Assembly (NCBI GenBank): GCA_949292905.1
Contig: CASFAV010000006.1
Span: 67,456-131,455 of the forward strand
Direction of reading: 5' to 3'
DNA length: 64,000 nt
Source of the DNA: an uncultured Eubacteriales bacterium
GTDB lineage: Bacteria > Bacillota > Clostridia > Christensenellales > DTU072
Shown here: in pieces, positions 53,778 to 64,000 of the stretch
How the letters are laid out: each line of letters opens with the position of its first letter
Position numbering within the stretch: the stretch's first letter is position 1
Notes under the pieces: model-generated
What the model was told of the DNA's origin: nothing
The model's database searches: none
What the model saw: the letters and a program-made list of their open reading frames with translations, nothing else
Translations under genes and position numbers: made by a program

Positions 53778-55318
53778 AGGATCTGAGACTCAAGCCGGGA
53801 TATTCCGACGAGGAACTTAAGCGAGCCGTTCTGAAACGGCTCAATACTTATGCGGAGAACGTGGAAACGGTCACGCTCCTGCGTAAGAGCGTCGACGCGC
53901 GCAACAGAAGCGACGTCCGCGTCGTGCTTACCGTCGCGGCGAGGGTGCGTTCGGCAAAAGGTATACGCGCCGAAGAGTACGTCGCGCCGCCGTCGAGGCT
54001 GAAGGATCTCGGGCTGAAAGCTAAAAAAAGAGACGCGAAGATCGTCGTCGTGGGCAGCGGACCCGCAGGACTTTTCGCCGCGCTCACGCTTGCGGAAGCG
54101 GGACTCGCTCCCCTGGTGATAGAGAGGGGCGGCGACGTGGACGAGCGCGTGAAAAAAGTGGATATCCTGCGCAGGACGGGGATATTGGATACCGAATGCA
54201 ACGTGCAGTACGGGGAAGGCGGCGCAGGAACATTCTCCGACGGAAAGCTGAATTCGGGTATCGATAAAGAATACTTCAGTATACTATTTGGTGAATTTAT
54301 AGCGGCCGGAGCTCCAGCCGACATAGCTTACGACGCCAACCCGCACATAGGCACGGACGTATTGCGCTCCGTGGTGAAGAACCTGCGCGGACGTATCGAG
54401 GAGCTTGGCGGCAAAATTCGTTGTCACGCTAAACTTACCGACGTCGAGGTGCGCGACGGCGCTCTCGCGGGCATAGTCGTCAACGGGTGCGAAAGGATAA
54501 AGGCGGACTTTATGGTGCTTGCCATAGGGCACAGCGCGTACGACACTTTCCGTATGCTCCGCGCGCGAGGACTCGACATGGCGCCGAAGCCTTTTTCCGT
54601 AGGCGTGAGAGCGGAGCACGGGCAGGAGCTCATAAGCCGGGCGCGTTACGGGGATTTCGCGCCGCTTCTGCCGCCCGCCGACTATAAATTCAGTACGCAC
54701 CTTGCGGACGGCAGGGGAGTTTACACCTTCTGTATGTGTCCCGGCGGCGAAGTGGTGTGCTCTTCGTCGGAAGAAGGCACGATAGTTACCAACGGGATGT
54801 CCTACCGCGCGCGCGACGGAGAATTCGCCAACAGCGCGGTGCTGGTGTCCGTCGCGCCGAGCGATTTCGGCGGAGGACTATGGGGAGGCTTCGAAGGCAG
54901 AGCGGCGATAGAGCGCGCCGCATTCGCGGCTGGCGGAGGCGGATACCGCGCCCCGGCGCAATATTACGGGGATCTAATGAAAGGTAAGGAAACTTCCGCC
55001 GAGATAAGATCTTCCTACGCTCCCGCGCTCACCGCTACGTCGCTCGCTCGTTGCCTTCCGCGTCACATCCTCGAGGATATAAAAGAAGGTATAGCCGTTT
55101 TCGGCAGGAAATTAAAGGGGTTCGATTCGTCCGAAACCGTATTGATAGGCGCGGAAACGCGCTCTTCCTGTCCCGTCACGATTCTGCGTAACTCTTCCGG
55201 AGAGGGAAGTATCGGCGGTATATATCCCGTCGGAGAGGGCGCGGGGCATGCGGGAGGCATCACTTCTTCGGCAGTCGACGGTATCCGCGCCGCGATCGGG
55301 ATCTGCGGGAAATCATGA
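53762..55318 (+). CDS. FAD-dependent dehydrogenase (COG2509-like)
   Basis: VVGSGPAGLFAAL dinucleotide motif about 90 aa from the N-terminus. 518 aa, with C-terminal ..YPVGEGAGHAGGI. Confidence 0.8.
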   Translation: MLFKVKDLRLKPGYSDEELKRAVLKRLNTYAENVETVTLLRKSVDARNRSDVRVVLTVAARVRSAKGIRAEEYVAPPSRLKDLGLKAKKRDAKIVVVGSGPAGLFAALTLAEAGLAPLVIERGGDVDERVKKVDILRRTGILDTECNVQYGEGGAGTFSDGKLNSGIDKEYFSILFGEFIAAGAPADIAYDANPHIGTDVLRSVVKNLRGRIEELGGKIRCHAKLTDVEVRDGALAGIVVNGCERIKADFMVLAIGHSAYDTFRMLRARGLDMAPKPFSVGVRAEHGQELISRARYGDFAPLLPPADYKFSTHLADGRGVYTFCMCPGGEVVCSSSEEGTIVTNGMSYRARDGEFANSAVLVSVAPSDFGGGLWGGFEGRAAIERAAFAAGGGGYRAPAQYYGDLMKGKETSAEIRSSYAPALTATSLARCLPRHILEDIKEGIAVFGRKLKGFDSSETVLIGAETRSSCPVTILRNSSGEGSIGGIYPVGEGAGHAGGITSSAVDGIRAAIGICGKS

Positions 55319-55340
55319 AACGCTCTCGGGAGATATGTAT

Positions 55341-55931
55341 ATGAACAAACATCTCAAAACAATGTCCTTGACCGCGCTTTTCGCGGCTCTCATATTAGTG
55401 TCTACCGCTTACGCAAAGATACCCATAGGCTTCGGATACGTGCACGTGGGCGACATATTCGTTATGACGGGAGCGTTCTTTTTGCCTCCCGTCTACGCGG
55501 TGCTTTCCGCGGCGATAGGCAGCATGCTTGCCGATCTCATCGCGGGTTACGTCATTTATATGCCCGTTACGTTCCTCGTCAAAGGGTTGATGGCGTTTAT
55601 ATGCAGTCTGTCTTTCTATAAAAAATGCAAATTGGTCCGTCTGGTCGCGGGTACGGTTGCTGCTTCCGTCGTGATGCTTGCGGGCTATTTCGTATTCGAA
55701 GGCTTTTATTACGGTTGGGCGGGAGCGATAGGCAATATCCCGCTTTCGCTCATACAGCCCGCCGTTTCCGTGCCGTGCGCCGTATTGCTCACGCTCGCTT
55801 TGAGCAGGATACCGTACCTAGCGGAATTAAAGGAAGAGATAGCGCCGCGTAAAAAAGCTCACGCGGTCGATCCCGACTCCGAGGAAAACGCCCGCAAGGA
55901 CGCAGGAGGCGACGCGGACGCTTCCGATTGA
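55341..55931 (+). CDS. ECF-transporter S (substrate-capture) component, substrate unknown
   Basis: About 6 TM segments, with ..LTALFAALILVST.Y.KIP.....H.GD and ..ADL..G. GGGAGA lies 7 nt upstream of the ATG at 55341. Confidence 0.7.
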   Translation: MNKHLKTMSLTALFAALILVSTAYAKIPIGFGYVHVGDIFVMTGAFFLPPVYAVLSAAIGSMLADLIAGYVIYMPVTFLVKGLMAFICSLSFYKKCKLVRLVAGTVAASVVMLAGYFVFEGFYYGWAGAIGNIPLSLIQPAVSVPCAVLLTLALSRIPYLAELKEEIAPRKKAHAVDPDSEENARKDAGGDADASD

Positions 55932-56080
55932 GCGTAAAAAGGTACCCTAATCGGCTGTTTGGAAACACGTTTTGACGCCTGCGGAACGGAATGTTGTCGA
56001 AAATACTTGTGTTCGGCACGTCGTTTCTGTATAATAATATATAGTAAGGTCACGGTTCGTGTGGCAAACGGAGAACGGAT

Positions 56081-57055
56081 ATGGAAAGCAATACTAAAAA
56101 ATATGTCAGCAAATACGACGCCAAAAAGTTATTCGAAGAGAGCGGCATCGGCGCCGCCGAAATAGTGAAGGAATGCGAAACGGGCGAATTCAACACCGTG
56201 TATTCCGTCAAGAGCAACGGCAAAAAATATTATCTCAAATTCGGTAACGACGCTTCCACTCCCACGTTGAGTTACGAAAAGGATATGCTCAAAGCGGAGC
56301 TGGCGGCTTACGCGGCGCTCGAGGGCACCGACGTATTGCGCCCCGCGATAGTTTTCGCGGACACTTCGCGCGAGAAGATCAACGTGGATTATTTTATTTC
56401 GGAGGGTCTGGACGCGCCTTTACAGGGACTTACCTTCCCCAATCTTAAAGCCCGCAAGAGGGTGATGTACCAGCTCGGAGCGGACGTTGCGAAAATACAC
56501 GCCGTCAAGGGAGAGGATTTCGGATACTTCCAGCTGGGCAAGGAGCCCACGTGGGCGGAAGCCTATAAACTCATGATAGACAAGATCGTCGCGGACGCGA
56601 CGGTGCATAACGTGCGTCTCGACACTTTCCGCGTGTACGCGGTGCTCGACAGGGTGAAGGATATCCTTTCCGATGTCACCGAGAGCTCTCTCGTCCACGG
56701 CGATTTGTGGGCGGGCAACGTCTTCGTGAACCGTAAGAATTTCACTTATCAGGGACTTATCGACTGGGAGCGCGCCTTCTGGGGCGATATAGCGGCGGAC
56801 TTCGCCACTCTCGCGCCTTGCGGCAACATAGAACGCAACCGTTATTTCGTCAAAGGCTACAACAGCGTCACGCCCATCGAATTCAACGCCAAACTCCATA
56901 CCCGCATCAACCTTATGAAGCTGTATTACGGAATGGTGATGCTCACCGAGCCCGAGCTCCGTTGGAAGAAAGGTTCGTTCCAGTACAACGTGCATAAGTA
57001 TTACGGAAGAAAGGTATTCAACAAAGCGTTGAAGGCTCTCGAGAAGCCCCTTTAA
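56081..57055 (+). CDS. APH / fructosamine-kinase-like phosphotransferase
   Basis: Kinase core LVHGDLWAGNVFV ... IDWERAFWGD. Confidence 0.8.
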   Translation: MESNTKKYVSKYDAKKLFEESGIGAAEIVKECETGEFNTVYSVKSNGKKYYLKFGNDASTPTLSYEKDMLKAELAAYAALEGTDVLRPAIVFADTSREKINVDYFISEGLDAPLQGLTFPNLKARKRVMYQLGADVAKIHAVKGEDFGYFQLGKEPTWAEAYKLMIDKIVADATVHNVRLDTFRVYAVLDRVKDILSDVTESSLVHGDLWAGNVFVNRKNFTYQGLIDWERAFWGDIAADFATLAPCGNIERNRYFVKGYNSVTPIEFNAKLHTRINLMKLYYGMVMLTEPELRWKKGSFQYNVHKYYGRKVFNKALKALEKPL

Positions 57056-57087
57056 CGGTTTTCGGTCAAGCACGTCGATCCCACGAC

Positions 57088-57121
57088 AAAAAAGCCGCGT
57101 TACGGAACGCGGCTTTCTTTA
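57088..57121. terminator. bidirectional terminator between convergent genes
   Basis: AAAAAAGCCGCG-TTACGGAA-CGCGGCTTTCTTT. Confidence 0.8.
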
Positions 57122-57141
57122 TGCTCGCGGAAGGGCGACGG

Positions 57142-57894
57142 TCATTTCAAGAATTTGAATATTTTAGACTTGATCGAGGTCTTTGCTTTAGAGAGGTTCT
57201 CCGCGGGCGCAGCGAGCCGCGTGGGAGTCGCCCATCTGACGGCGTTGAGCAGTACGCGTTTGATCACTTCGTCGTGATAGACGGGGTAGGTCTCGTGCCC
57301 GGGTTGCAAATAAAATATTTTGCCCGCACCGCGTCTGAACGTAACGCCGGCGCGCACGGCGCTGCCGCCGCCGAACCAGCCCATAAATATCGTTTCGTCA
57401 GGTTCGGGTATATCAAAGTATTCGCAATAGGGTTCCTCATTTGGCAGAACGTACCCGTTCGGGAAACCTTCCGCAATGGGGTGAGAGGGACAGCAAACGT
57501 AGAGTTTTTCCGTTTCGCCGCCTTCACCGGCGCGCACGTTCGGATTGGTGGCGCAAGTGGTGCCCATCAGCTTACGGAAGGGCTTGGAGTTTTTTCCGGA
57601 ATGGAGAAAGACGGCGCCCATGCCTTCGAGTACGCGCGACGCCACTTTGTCGGCGACGCTTCCGAGAAGCTCGTTATGCCAGTCCTTCGACCACCATACG
57701 AGCACGTCGGTAGAGTCGAGCACTTCGTCGGTGAGTCCGTGTACCGGTTCCTCCTGCGTTGCCGTTCTGATCTGTACGTCGGGCAGTTGCCCGAAAAGCT
57801 CCGCAAGCGTTTTATGTAAGCCTCCCGGATACGTTTTGGCGGCTTTGCCGCTCTGTTCGTTGGGATGATATTCGTTGAAGATCGTAACGTTCAT
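57142..57894 (-). CDS. ThuA-domain (trehalose-utilisation-like) protein
   Basis: MNVTIFNEY.HE....A...YP.G.H and ...WW....H... pattern. GGAGG Shine-Dalgarno site. Confidence 0.8.
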   Translation of the reverse strand: MNVTIFNEYHPNEQSGKAAKTYPGGLHKTLAELFGQLPDVQIRTATQEEPVHGLTDEVLDSTDVLVWWSKDWHNELLGSVADKVASRVLEGMGAVFLHSGKNSKPFRKLMGTTCATNPNVRAGEGGETEKLYVCCPSHPIAEGFPNGYVLPNEEPYCEYFDIPEPDETIFMGWFGGGSAVRAGVTFRRGAGKIFYLQPGHETYPVYHDEVIKRVLLNAVRWATPTRLAAPAENLSKAKTSIKSKIFKFLK

Positions 57895-58014
57895 ATTTGC
57901 CTCCTGTGCGTATGTCGATTATACTACACTCGCGGATTTTTTGCAACATGCGGAAAAACGCTCTTATTTATACTTTAATTTATCCGCGCGACGCTATTTT
58001 AATTAAAATCGGTA

Positions 58015-58043
58015 TTGACATCGTATATTTTTTTATTTATAAT
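58015..58043 (+). promoter_or_regulatory. consensus sigma-70 promoter
   Basis: TTGACA, 17-nt spacer, TATAAT. Confidence 0.7.
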
Positions 58044-58092
58044 CTAAACTATACTGGTTTACCGCCAAGTAATGCGAGAAGGAGATTGCGAA

Positions 58093-59640
58093 ATGGTCAA
58101 AACAAGAAGAAAAATTACCACTTTGCGCGTTTTGCAGGTTTTGTTTTACGCGCTCGGCTTCCCGCTCTTCGTGCACCTCGTAATGCTCGTCGCGAGACCG
58201 CTTTCCGATAGTAACCTTACTACCGGCATCAACGGCTCGTTGAGCATACTGATTGCTGCAGCGATGTGGGTAGTCGTTATTATCGTACAACTTTTGATGA
58301 GCGCCGTCTGCCGTAAAAATCGTATGGCGCGCGCGGTTGTCGTGGCTCTCGTCGCCGCGGTGATCACGATCGCCCCGATACTTTACAGCGACTTCCTGTT
58401 GAAGGGCAAGTACGAGGAAGATGTAAAAGCTGCTGCGGAAAAGGGCGTAGAAGCCGAAAATTATGAGGTTCAGCTCACCGAATATGCCGAATACGTAAGC
58501 GCCACCAATGCTGAGATCAACGCTTTCCTCGAGGTATTCAATATCGAGTTTGCTTCCAGAGATTACAATAGAGGCGGCGCCAATACCGACCTTTCCGAAG
58601 TAACTTACGATCCCGAGAAAGACGTTTACCTGAGCCCCAACGGAATGTATTCCGACGGTTACAGGTTCGGTTATTATGCGGCTAAAGAGGTCCTCACCAA
58701 TTATTATTCCAACAAACTCGCATACGAAGCGGAAGGCAAAGACATCGACGTGGAACTCGCGAAAGCCGTAGCAGAGCTCGAGTCGAATCCGTCGAGCGAC
58801 TGGAATAAGTACAAGAGCGGAGCGTCCGAGTCGAGTTTCGCTAAAGAAGGCTTCGAGTATATCACTTCTTCCACCGAGTACGAAGACGCTTACGGCGAGG
58901 ACGGCAGCGCGACCAAGTATTATCTTACCGAAGAAAGACTCAACGCCATCCTCAGCGTCATAGGCGATAAATTCGGCAACAACGCCGAGCTTAAGATGCT
59001 GCTTAACTTGTTTACCGGAAGAGGCGACGGCGGCGAAGGCATCGGCGCGATCGTGGATAAAGTTCTCGCCATACTGAATAAAGACCTCGACATCGACACT
59101 CTTCTCGGCGTTGTCAACGAGATAGAATTGAGCGGACAATCTCTCGGCGCCATGCTCGCGGGTCTGCTCGGACAAGAGGGCGTTACCGAATTGACTAAAG
59201 ATATGCTTTTCGGTCTTCTCGTCAATTTCAGCAGCTATCAGTCCCCGATGACATATCCCGTTTATTACTTCATAGAGGACGCCGATCTGCGCGACTACGC
59301 TTACGCTAAGTATTACGCCACCGTTCACGGCGCGACTTTGGGCTCCGTACTCGTTGGCACTCCCGATGCCAACGGCAACGAGTATGTAGGCGAAATTACG
59401 ATGAGCACGAGCGGCACGCTCAATCCTTACAGCGGCGAAGATCTGCTCTATATGTTCAACAAATGGGATTTCGATCAGAAATTGCAGAATGAATATTATC
59501 CCGTTTTCGCGGTTCGCGAAATAGCTCTCAAGATGAGCGCGGTCATAGTATTCACTTTGATGGCGGCTTACTTCTTCACTGCGTTGATAGACAAACAGTA
59601 CGCCAAACTCACCCTCAAAACGGAAGGAGGTAACCGGTAA
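58093..59640 (+). CDS. membrane protein of unknown function (3 N-terminal TM, ~380-aa external domain, C-terminal TM)
   Basis: ATG at 58093 lies 8 nt after AAGGAG. Hydrophobic helices sit at both ends, and the central part is Asp/Glu/Tyr-rich. Confidence 0.7.
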   Translation: MVKTRRKITTLRVLQVLFYALGFPLFVHLVMLVARPLSDSNLTTGINGSLSILIAAAMWVVVIIVQLLMSAVCRKNRMARAVVVALVAAVITIAPILYSDFLLKGKYEEDVKAAAEKGVEAENYEVQLTEYAEYVSATNAEINAFLEVFNIEFASRDYNRGGANTDLSEVTYDPEKDVYLSPNGMYSDGYRFGYYAAKEVLTNYYSNKLAYEAEGKDIDVELAKAVAELESNPSSDWNKYKSGASESSFAKEGFEYITSSTEYEDAYGEDGSATKYYLTEERLNAILSVIGDKFGNNAELKMLLNLFTGRGDGGEGIGAIVDKVLAILNKDLDIDTLLGVVNEIELSGQSLGAMLAGLLGQEGVTELTKDMLFGLLVNFSSYQSPMTYPVYYFIEDADLRDYAYAKYYATVHGATLGSVLVGTPDANGNEYVGEITMSTSGTLNPYSGEDLLYMFNKWDFDQKLQNEYYPVFAVREIALKMSAVIVFTLMAAYFFTALIDKQYAKLTLKTEGGNR

Positions 59641-60959
59641 TGAAAAGATTTCTTAAAATAATTTTGTTCCTTATTGGCTTCCCTGCGTTGCTCGGGTTCG
59701 TGGTATGGAAATCGCTTACCGTCATACAGGAAGGTTCCACTTACGGCTTCTGGCCTTATGTCGGAATAATCCTCGCCGGAGTGTTTGCGTTGGTATACCT
59801 TATCGCGTTCATAATTACCGGCGTCAAAGCCAAGAAAAACGCCGGCAACCGTAAGAAGGTCATGGGCGGCGTGGTAGCGCTCGTGATCGTGTCTTTCGTA
59901 ATGACGGCGGGTCTGTGGCTCGTTATCGATATACCGAAGCTGCTTCCCGACATTCTCAATTCCGCGACTTCGGGCACGATAGGCTTCGACGACCTGCGCG
60001 AAGACTATGCGGCGAATGCCGAAGTACACGGCAATCTGCTCGACGAGTTCATCAGACTCAACTATCAGAATAAGAACCTCGACAACTCTTATACTCTCGA
60101 TTCGTGGCTCGAAGAGGGCTACAGCGCTCCCGAAGTTCAGGAGCTCATAGCCACCAACTTCGCTTCCATGGACAAGAACGGATACGTTACCTTCAAAGGA
60201 CCGTGGATAAATCTTGCGGACGGCGGCCGTCTGACGATACCGGTGCTTGTGCATCTTATCATCAACGAACGCGAATTCCAGGATCTGCCGTATATGCTCG
60301 AATACGACCTTATACCCAATCCTTATAAAGACGACAACTTCAACGACAAATTCCAAAACGAAGATAACTATCCGAAGCACGATCAGGAATATCTTGTGAA
60401 GTGGTCGATTCTCGATATGCAGGGCACGCCCATGGAGATCGACCTCGGCGGAATACTCCCCGATGATATCAAAACTTTGATCCTCGGAGTGACCTCGCTC
60501 ATGCCGGAAACGATCGTGTCCGTACTGAACACCCTCAACGAATGTATAGAGGACGACGCGCTGGCAGGCACGCCCATCTATATCGGCATAAACGCGCAGA
60601 ACGGCGACTTCAAACTCGTTATTTCCTCTACCGTCGAGTCCAGAGGTATGTGGGACTATAAGAAGAGCGCGTGGCTCAACAGTAACCATCTCCTGTTCGC
60701 GGTCATCTCGATATTCCCCGCACGTCAATGGCTCTATATCTGGGGCGGAATAGTGATATTCACGAGCGTTGCGATAGGCGCACTCCGTCTTAAAGAATTC
60801 GGCGGCGAAGAGGAAGAAGAAGGCGAGAATGAGCAAAAGCAAGCGGCGTACGTTCCCGCCAAAGTCGATTACAGCGAGATCGACAAAGAAGTAACCAAGG
60901 GAATGTCTCCCTACGAGCGTAATTTCTATTACGCCACGCAGGAGCGGTTGAGACGATAA
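59640..60959 (+). CDS. membrane protein of unknown function, paralogue of the preceding gene
   Basis: The start shares 1 nt with the upstream stop (TAATG). Same topology as the preceding gene. Shared N-terminal strings (..GFP.. in TM1; R..VVALV in TM3). Acidic C-terminal tail. Confidence 0.7.
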   Translation: MKRFLKIILFLIGFPALLGFVVWKSLTVIQEGSTYGFWPYVGIILAGVFALVYLIAFIITGVKAKKNAGNRKKVMGGVVALVIVSFVMTAGLWLVIDIPKLLPDILNSATSGTIGFDDLREDYAANAEVHGNLLDEFIRLNYQNKNLDNSYTLDSWLEEGYSAPEVQELIATNFASMDKNGYVTFKGPWINLADGGRLTIPVLVHLIINEREFQDLPYMLEYDLIPNPYKDDNFNDKFQNEDNYPKHDQEYLVKWSILDMQGTPMEIDLGGILPDDIKTLILGVTSLMPETIVSVLNTLNECIEDDALAGTPIYIGINAQNGDFKLVISSTVESRGMWDYKKSAWLNSNHLLFAVISIFPARQWLYIWGGIVIFTSVAIGALRLKEFGGEEEEEGENEQKQAAYVPAKVDYSEIDKEVTKGMSPYERNFYYATQERLRR

Positions 60960-60975
60960 AGTTTTCGCATTGCTG

Positions 60976-61008
60976 TAAAAAAGGCTCTCCGAAAGGGGAG
61001 CCTTTTTG
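60976..61008 (+). terminator. intrinsic terminator
   Basis: AAAAAAGGCTCTCC-GAAA-GGGGAGCCTTTTT. Confidence 0.8.
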
Positions 61009-61213
61009 GTCGGTCGGTAACGCCGAAAGCTTCACGGACTTAATACCGGATCATTATAGATACGGCGCTGCGACGCGCTACGGAAGAAATTCTGAATTTG
61101 CGACGGAGAAAAATTTTGCACAAAGGCAAAAGCTAAAAAAGTTGTAACGGTTTAAGGCATTCGGGTAACCTTATTATTATATAAAGATACCTAAATACAA
61201 ATCTATAGGCACA

Positions 61214-61240
61214 TAAAAACGGCGCCGTCGAAGGCGCCGA
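61214..61240 (-). terminator. intrinsic terminator of the 61278-61799 gene
   Basis: The minus strand reads CGGCGCC-TTCGAC-GGCGCCG followed by TTTTT. Confidence 0.7.
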
Positions 61241-61277
61241 AAGAGTTAGTCATATTGTATAACGGGACCGTATACGG

Positions 61278-61799
61278 CTATTTTTTCTTTTTACCGAAAT
61301 CCGCGTTGAGCTTTTCTGCGGCGAGGCAGATCATGAAGACGTACAGGAGATTGCTGTTTTCGTTGACGCGCACCTGATAGATCTCGTCGTCCGCCGGATA
61401 GGGTATCACGTTCGCCACTATGTCGGAGCCGTCGTATATGTCGAAGCCGTAAGCCGAGGGTCTGCCCCATACCGAAAACTTGTGCGCTGCTTTGCCACGG
61501 ACCTTGGAGATGTACGCGTCGTCCCCGCGGTCGATGACGTTGGCGTCGAATACGAAATCGTCGACGTTTACGGCAGTCATCCTTATCGTCCCGGGATAGG
61601 TCGGAAGATCGCTTATGACCGAGAGCATCGCGGAATTGTCTCCGTTGAAGACCAATTGCGCTATCTGCGATCCGCGTTTATTGTAGATGTAATAGCCTTG
61701 TCCGACGTATGCGGCTTTACATATCATATTGCCGATCTCGTCGCGAAGGGCGAAATCTCCGTTTTTTTCGTATAAACGTTTGATGACTCTGAAAATCAT
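61278..61799 (-). CDS. hypothetical protein, possibly a second LURP-one/tubby-like beta-barrel protein
   Basis: 173 aa with a GAGG Shine-Dalgarno site. The pattern F.LRDE.G..I... / F.V.G....GFDIYDG..IVA is reminiscent of DUF567, but the resemblance is weak. Confidence 0.6.
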   Translation of the reverse strand: MIFRVIKRLYEKNGDFALRDEIGNMICKAAYVGQGYYIYNKRGSQIAQLVFNGDNSAMLSVISDLPTYPGTIRMTAVNVDDFVFDANVIDRGDDAYISKVRGKAAHKFSVWGRPSAYGFDIYDGSDIVANVIPYPADDEIYQVRVNENSNLLYVFMICLAAEKLNADFGKKKK

Positions 61800-62012
61800 T
61801 TCTCGTACCTCGCTGTCTATATTCGCATTTTACAATATTTGCGCCCCCGTGTCAAGGTCTTATTACGCTTAACGCCCGTTATCAGAGTGAATTTACTGCC
61901 GTAATCCGTATTTTAGCGCACGGCGCGCGCCTTGCGCACTCGCGCGCGTGGGTCGGTTTCGGCGCGATCGACGCCAAGTATAAAATAATTCATAAAAAAT
62001 ACCGCGAAGTAT

Positions 62013-62041
62013 TTGACAACGTAGGCAATAGATGATATTAT
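62013..62041 (+). promoter_or_regulatory. rRNA/tRNA operon promoter with AT-rich UP-like element
   Basis: TTGACA, 17-nt spacer, TATTAT, preceded by GTATAAAATAATTCATAAAAAAT. Confidence 0.65.
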
Positions 62042-62101
62042 AACAAAGCTGCCGATTAAACAGGCAGCGTTCGTACCTTACAAAGACGGCACTTGCGGCA
62101 T

Positions 62102-62177
62102 GGGGGTATAGCTCAGTTGGTAGAGCACCTGCTTTGCAAGCAGGGGGTCTGCGGTTCGAATCCGCATATCTCCACCA
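62102..62177 (+). tRNA. tRNA-Ala (anticodon TGC), CCA encoded
   Basis: GGGGGTATAGCTCAGTTGGTAGAGC..CTTTGCAAG.. with the G3:U70 identity pair. Confidence 0.93.
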
Positions 62178-62186
62178 ATCGGATAT

Positions 62187-62263
62187 AGGCTGGTAGCTCA
62201 GCAGGTTAGAGCACGCGCCTGATAAGCGCGAGGTCGGTGGTTCGAGTCCACTTCAGCCTACCA
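62187..62263 (+). tRNA. tRNA-Ile (anticodon GAT), CCA encoded
   Basis: AGGCTGGTAGCTCAGCAGGTTAGAGC..CCTGATAAG..GGTTCGAGTCC. Confidence 0.92.
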
Positions 62264-62456
62264 GAACCGCGTAAGCGGCGAACTCCTGCACCTTGACAAC
62301 TGCATAAAGAGTAGACATAAAATGATCTTAAAATATCTAGAAATAACGTTTCAGAGTAATACGAATTGAACGTAGAAACTAGCTGGAATAAATTGCGAAG
62401 ATATTTTGCTGAGGATTAAACCGAGATAATGTTTCTTTAATAGAGAATCAAGACGA

Positions 62457-64000
<1,544 letters not shown>

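Noticed and set aside
61946-61968. GCGTGGGTCGGTTTCGGCGCGAT upstream of the rRNA promoter resembles the tRNA-Pro linker GCGTGGTCGGGGACGCGAT (13520-13538).
   Set aside because: The match is short, gapped and GC-rich, and none of the core motifs (AAAGGGTGC, CTGACGAG) are nearby. It is probably chance.
62293-62298. TTGACA plus CATAAA in the tRNA-Ile/23S spacer, considered as a second promoter.
   Set aside because: The sequence sits in a block (CACCTTGACAACTGCATAAAGAG) that resembles conserved 16S-23S spacer and processing-stem sequences of Gram-positive rRNA operons. It cannot be distinguished from chance without transcript data.

Overview
This is a 64-kb chromosomal segment from a moderately GC-rich, Gram-positive-type bacterium. 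It looks Bacillota/Clostridia-like, inferred from the T-box, CCA-encoding tRNAs, strong GGAGG Shine-Dalgarno sites, the gatCAB-aspS operon and the 23S 5' end. I support about 60 protein genes, nearly all housekeeping or metabolic. They include a shikimate/aromatic pathway split over two loci (aroF-tyrA-aroA-aroC-[CM/aroE/aroK fusion] at 4.6-10.3 kb and aroB-aroQ at 25.2-26.7 kb), and glutamate dehydrogenase. They also include a GPH symporter/lipoprotein/nanA module with a distant AGE epimerase, and a Fur-family regulator next to a multidomain rubrerythrin fusion. Further genes are a MacAB-like efflux set, a Trp T-box in front of an orphan trpB2, aspS-gatCAB, an ABC exporter and an archaeal-type gap-pgk pair. 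The rest are several metallophosphoesterases and alpha/beta hydrolases, flavoproteins, and a pair of uncharacterised membrane proteins. RNA genes are tRNA-Leu(CAA), tRNA-Pro(CGG), and a tRNA-Ala/tRNA-Ile/23S unit that has its own promoter and no 16S gene in front of it. I see no transposase, integrase, CRISPR array or recognisable defence gene. Three signals are not explained by ordinary gene calls. (1) A family of structured repeats about 100-160 nt long lies immediately 3' of both stand-alone tRNA genes, and each copy is bounded by a decayed copy of the tRNA 3' end. (2) An unannotated 20-codon Tyr/Phe-rich leader ORF plus terminator has classical attenuator geometry in front of the aromatic operon. 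(3) Several unusual gene fusions and gene origins occur: CM-AroE-AroK, flavin reductase-Rd-Rd-rubrerythrin, and archaeal-type gap/pgk. All calls rest on reading the sequence and on remembered family motifs. No database search or folding program was run.
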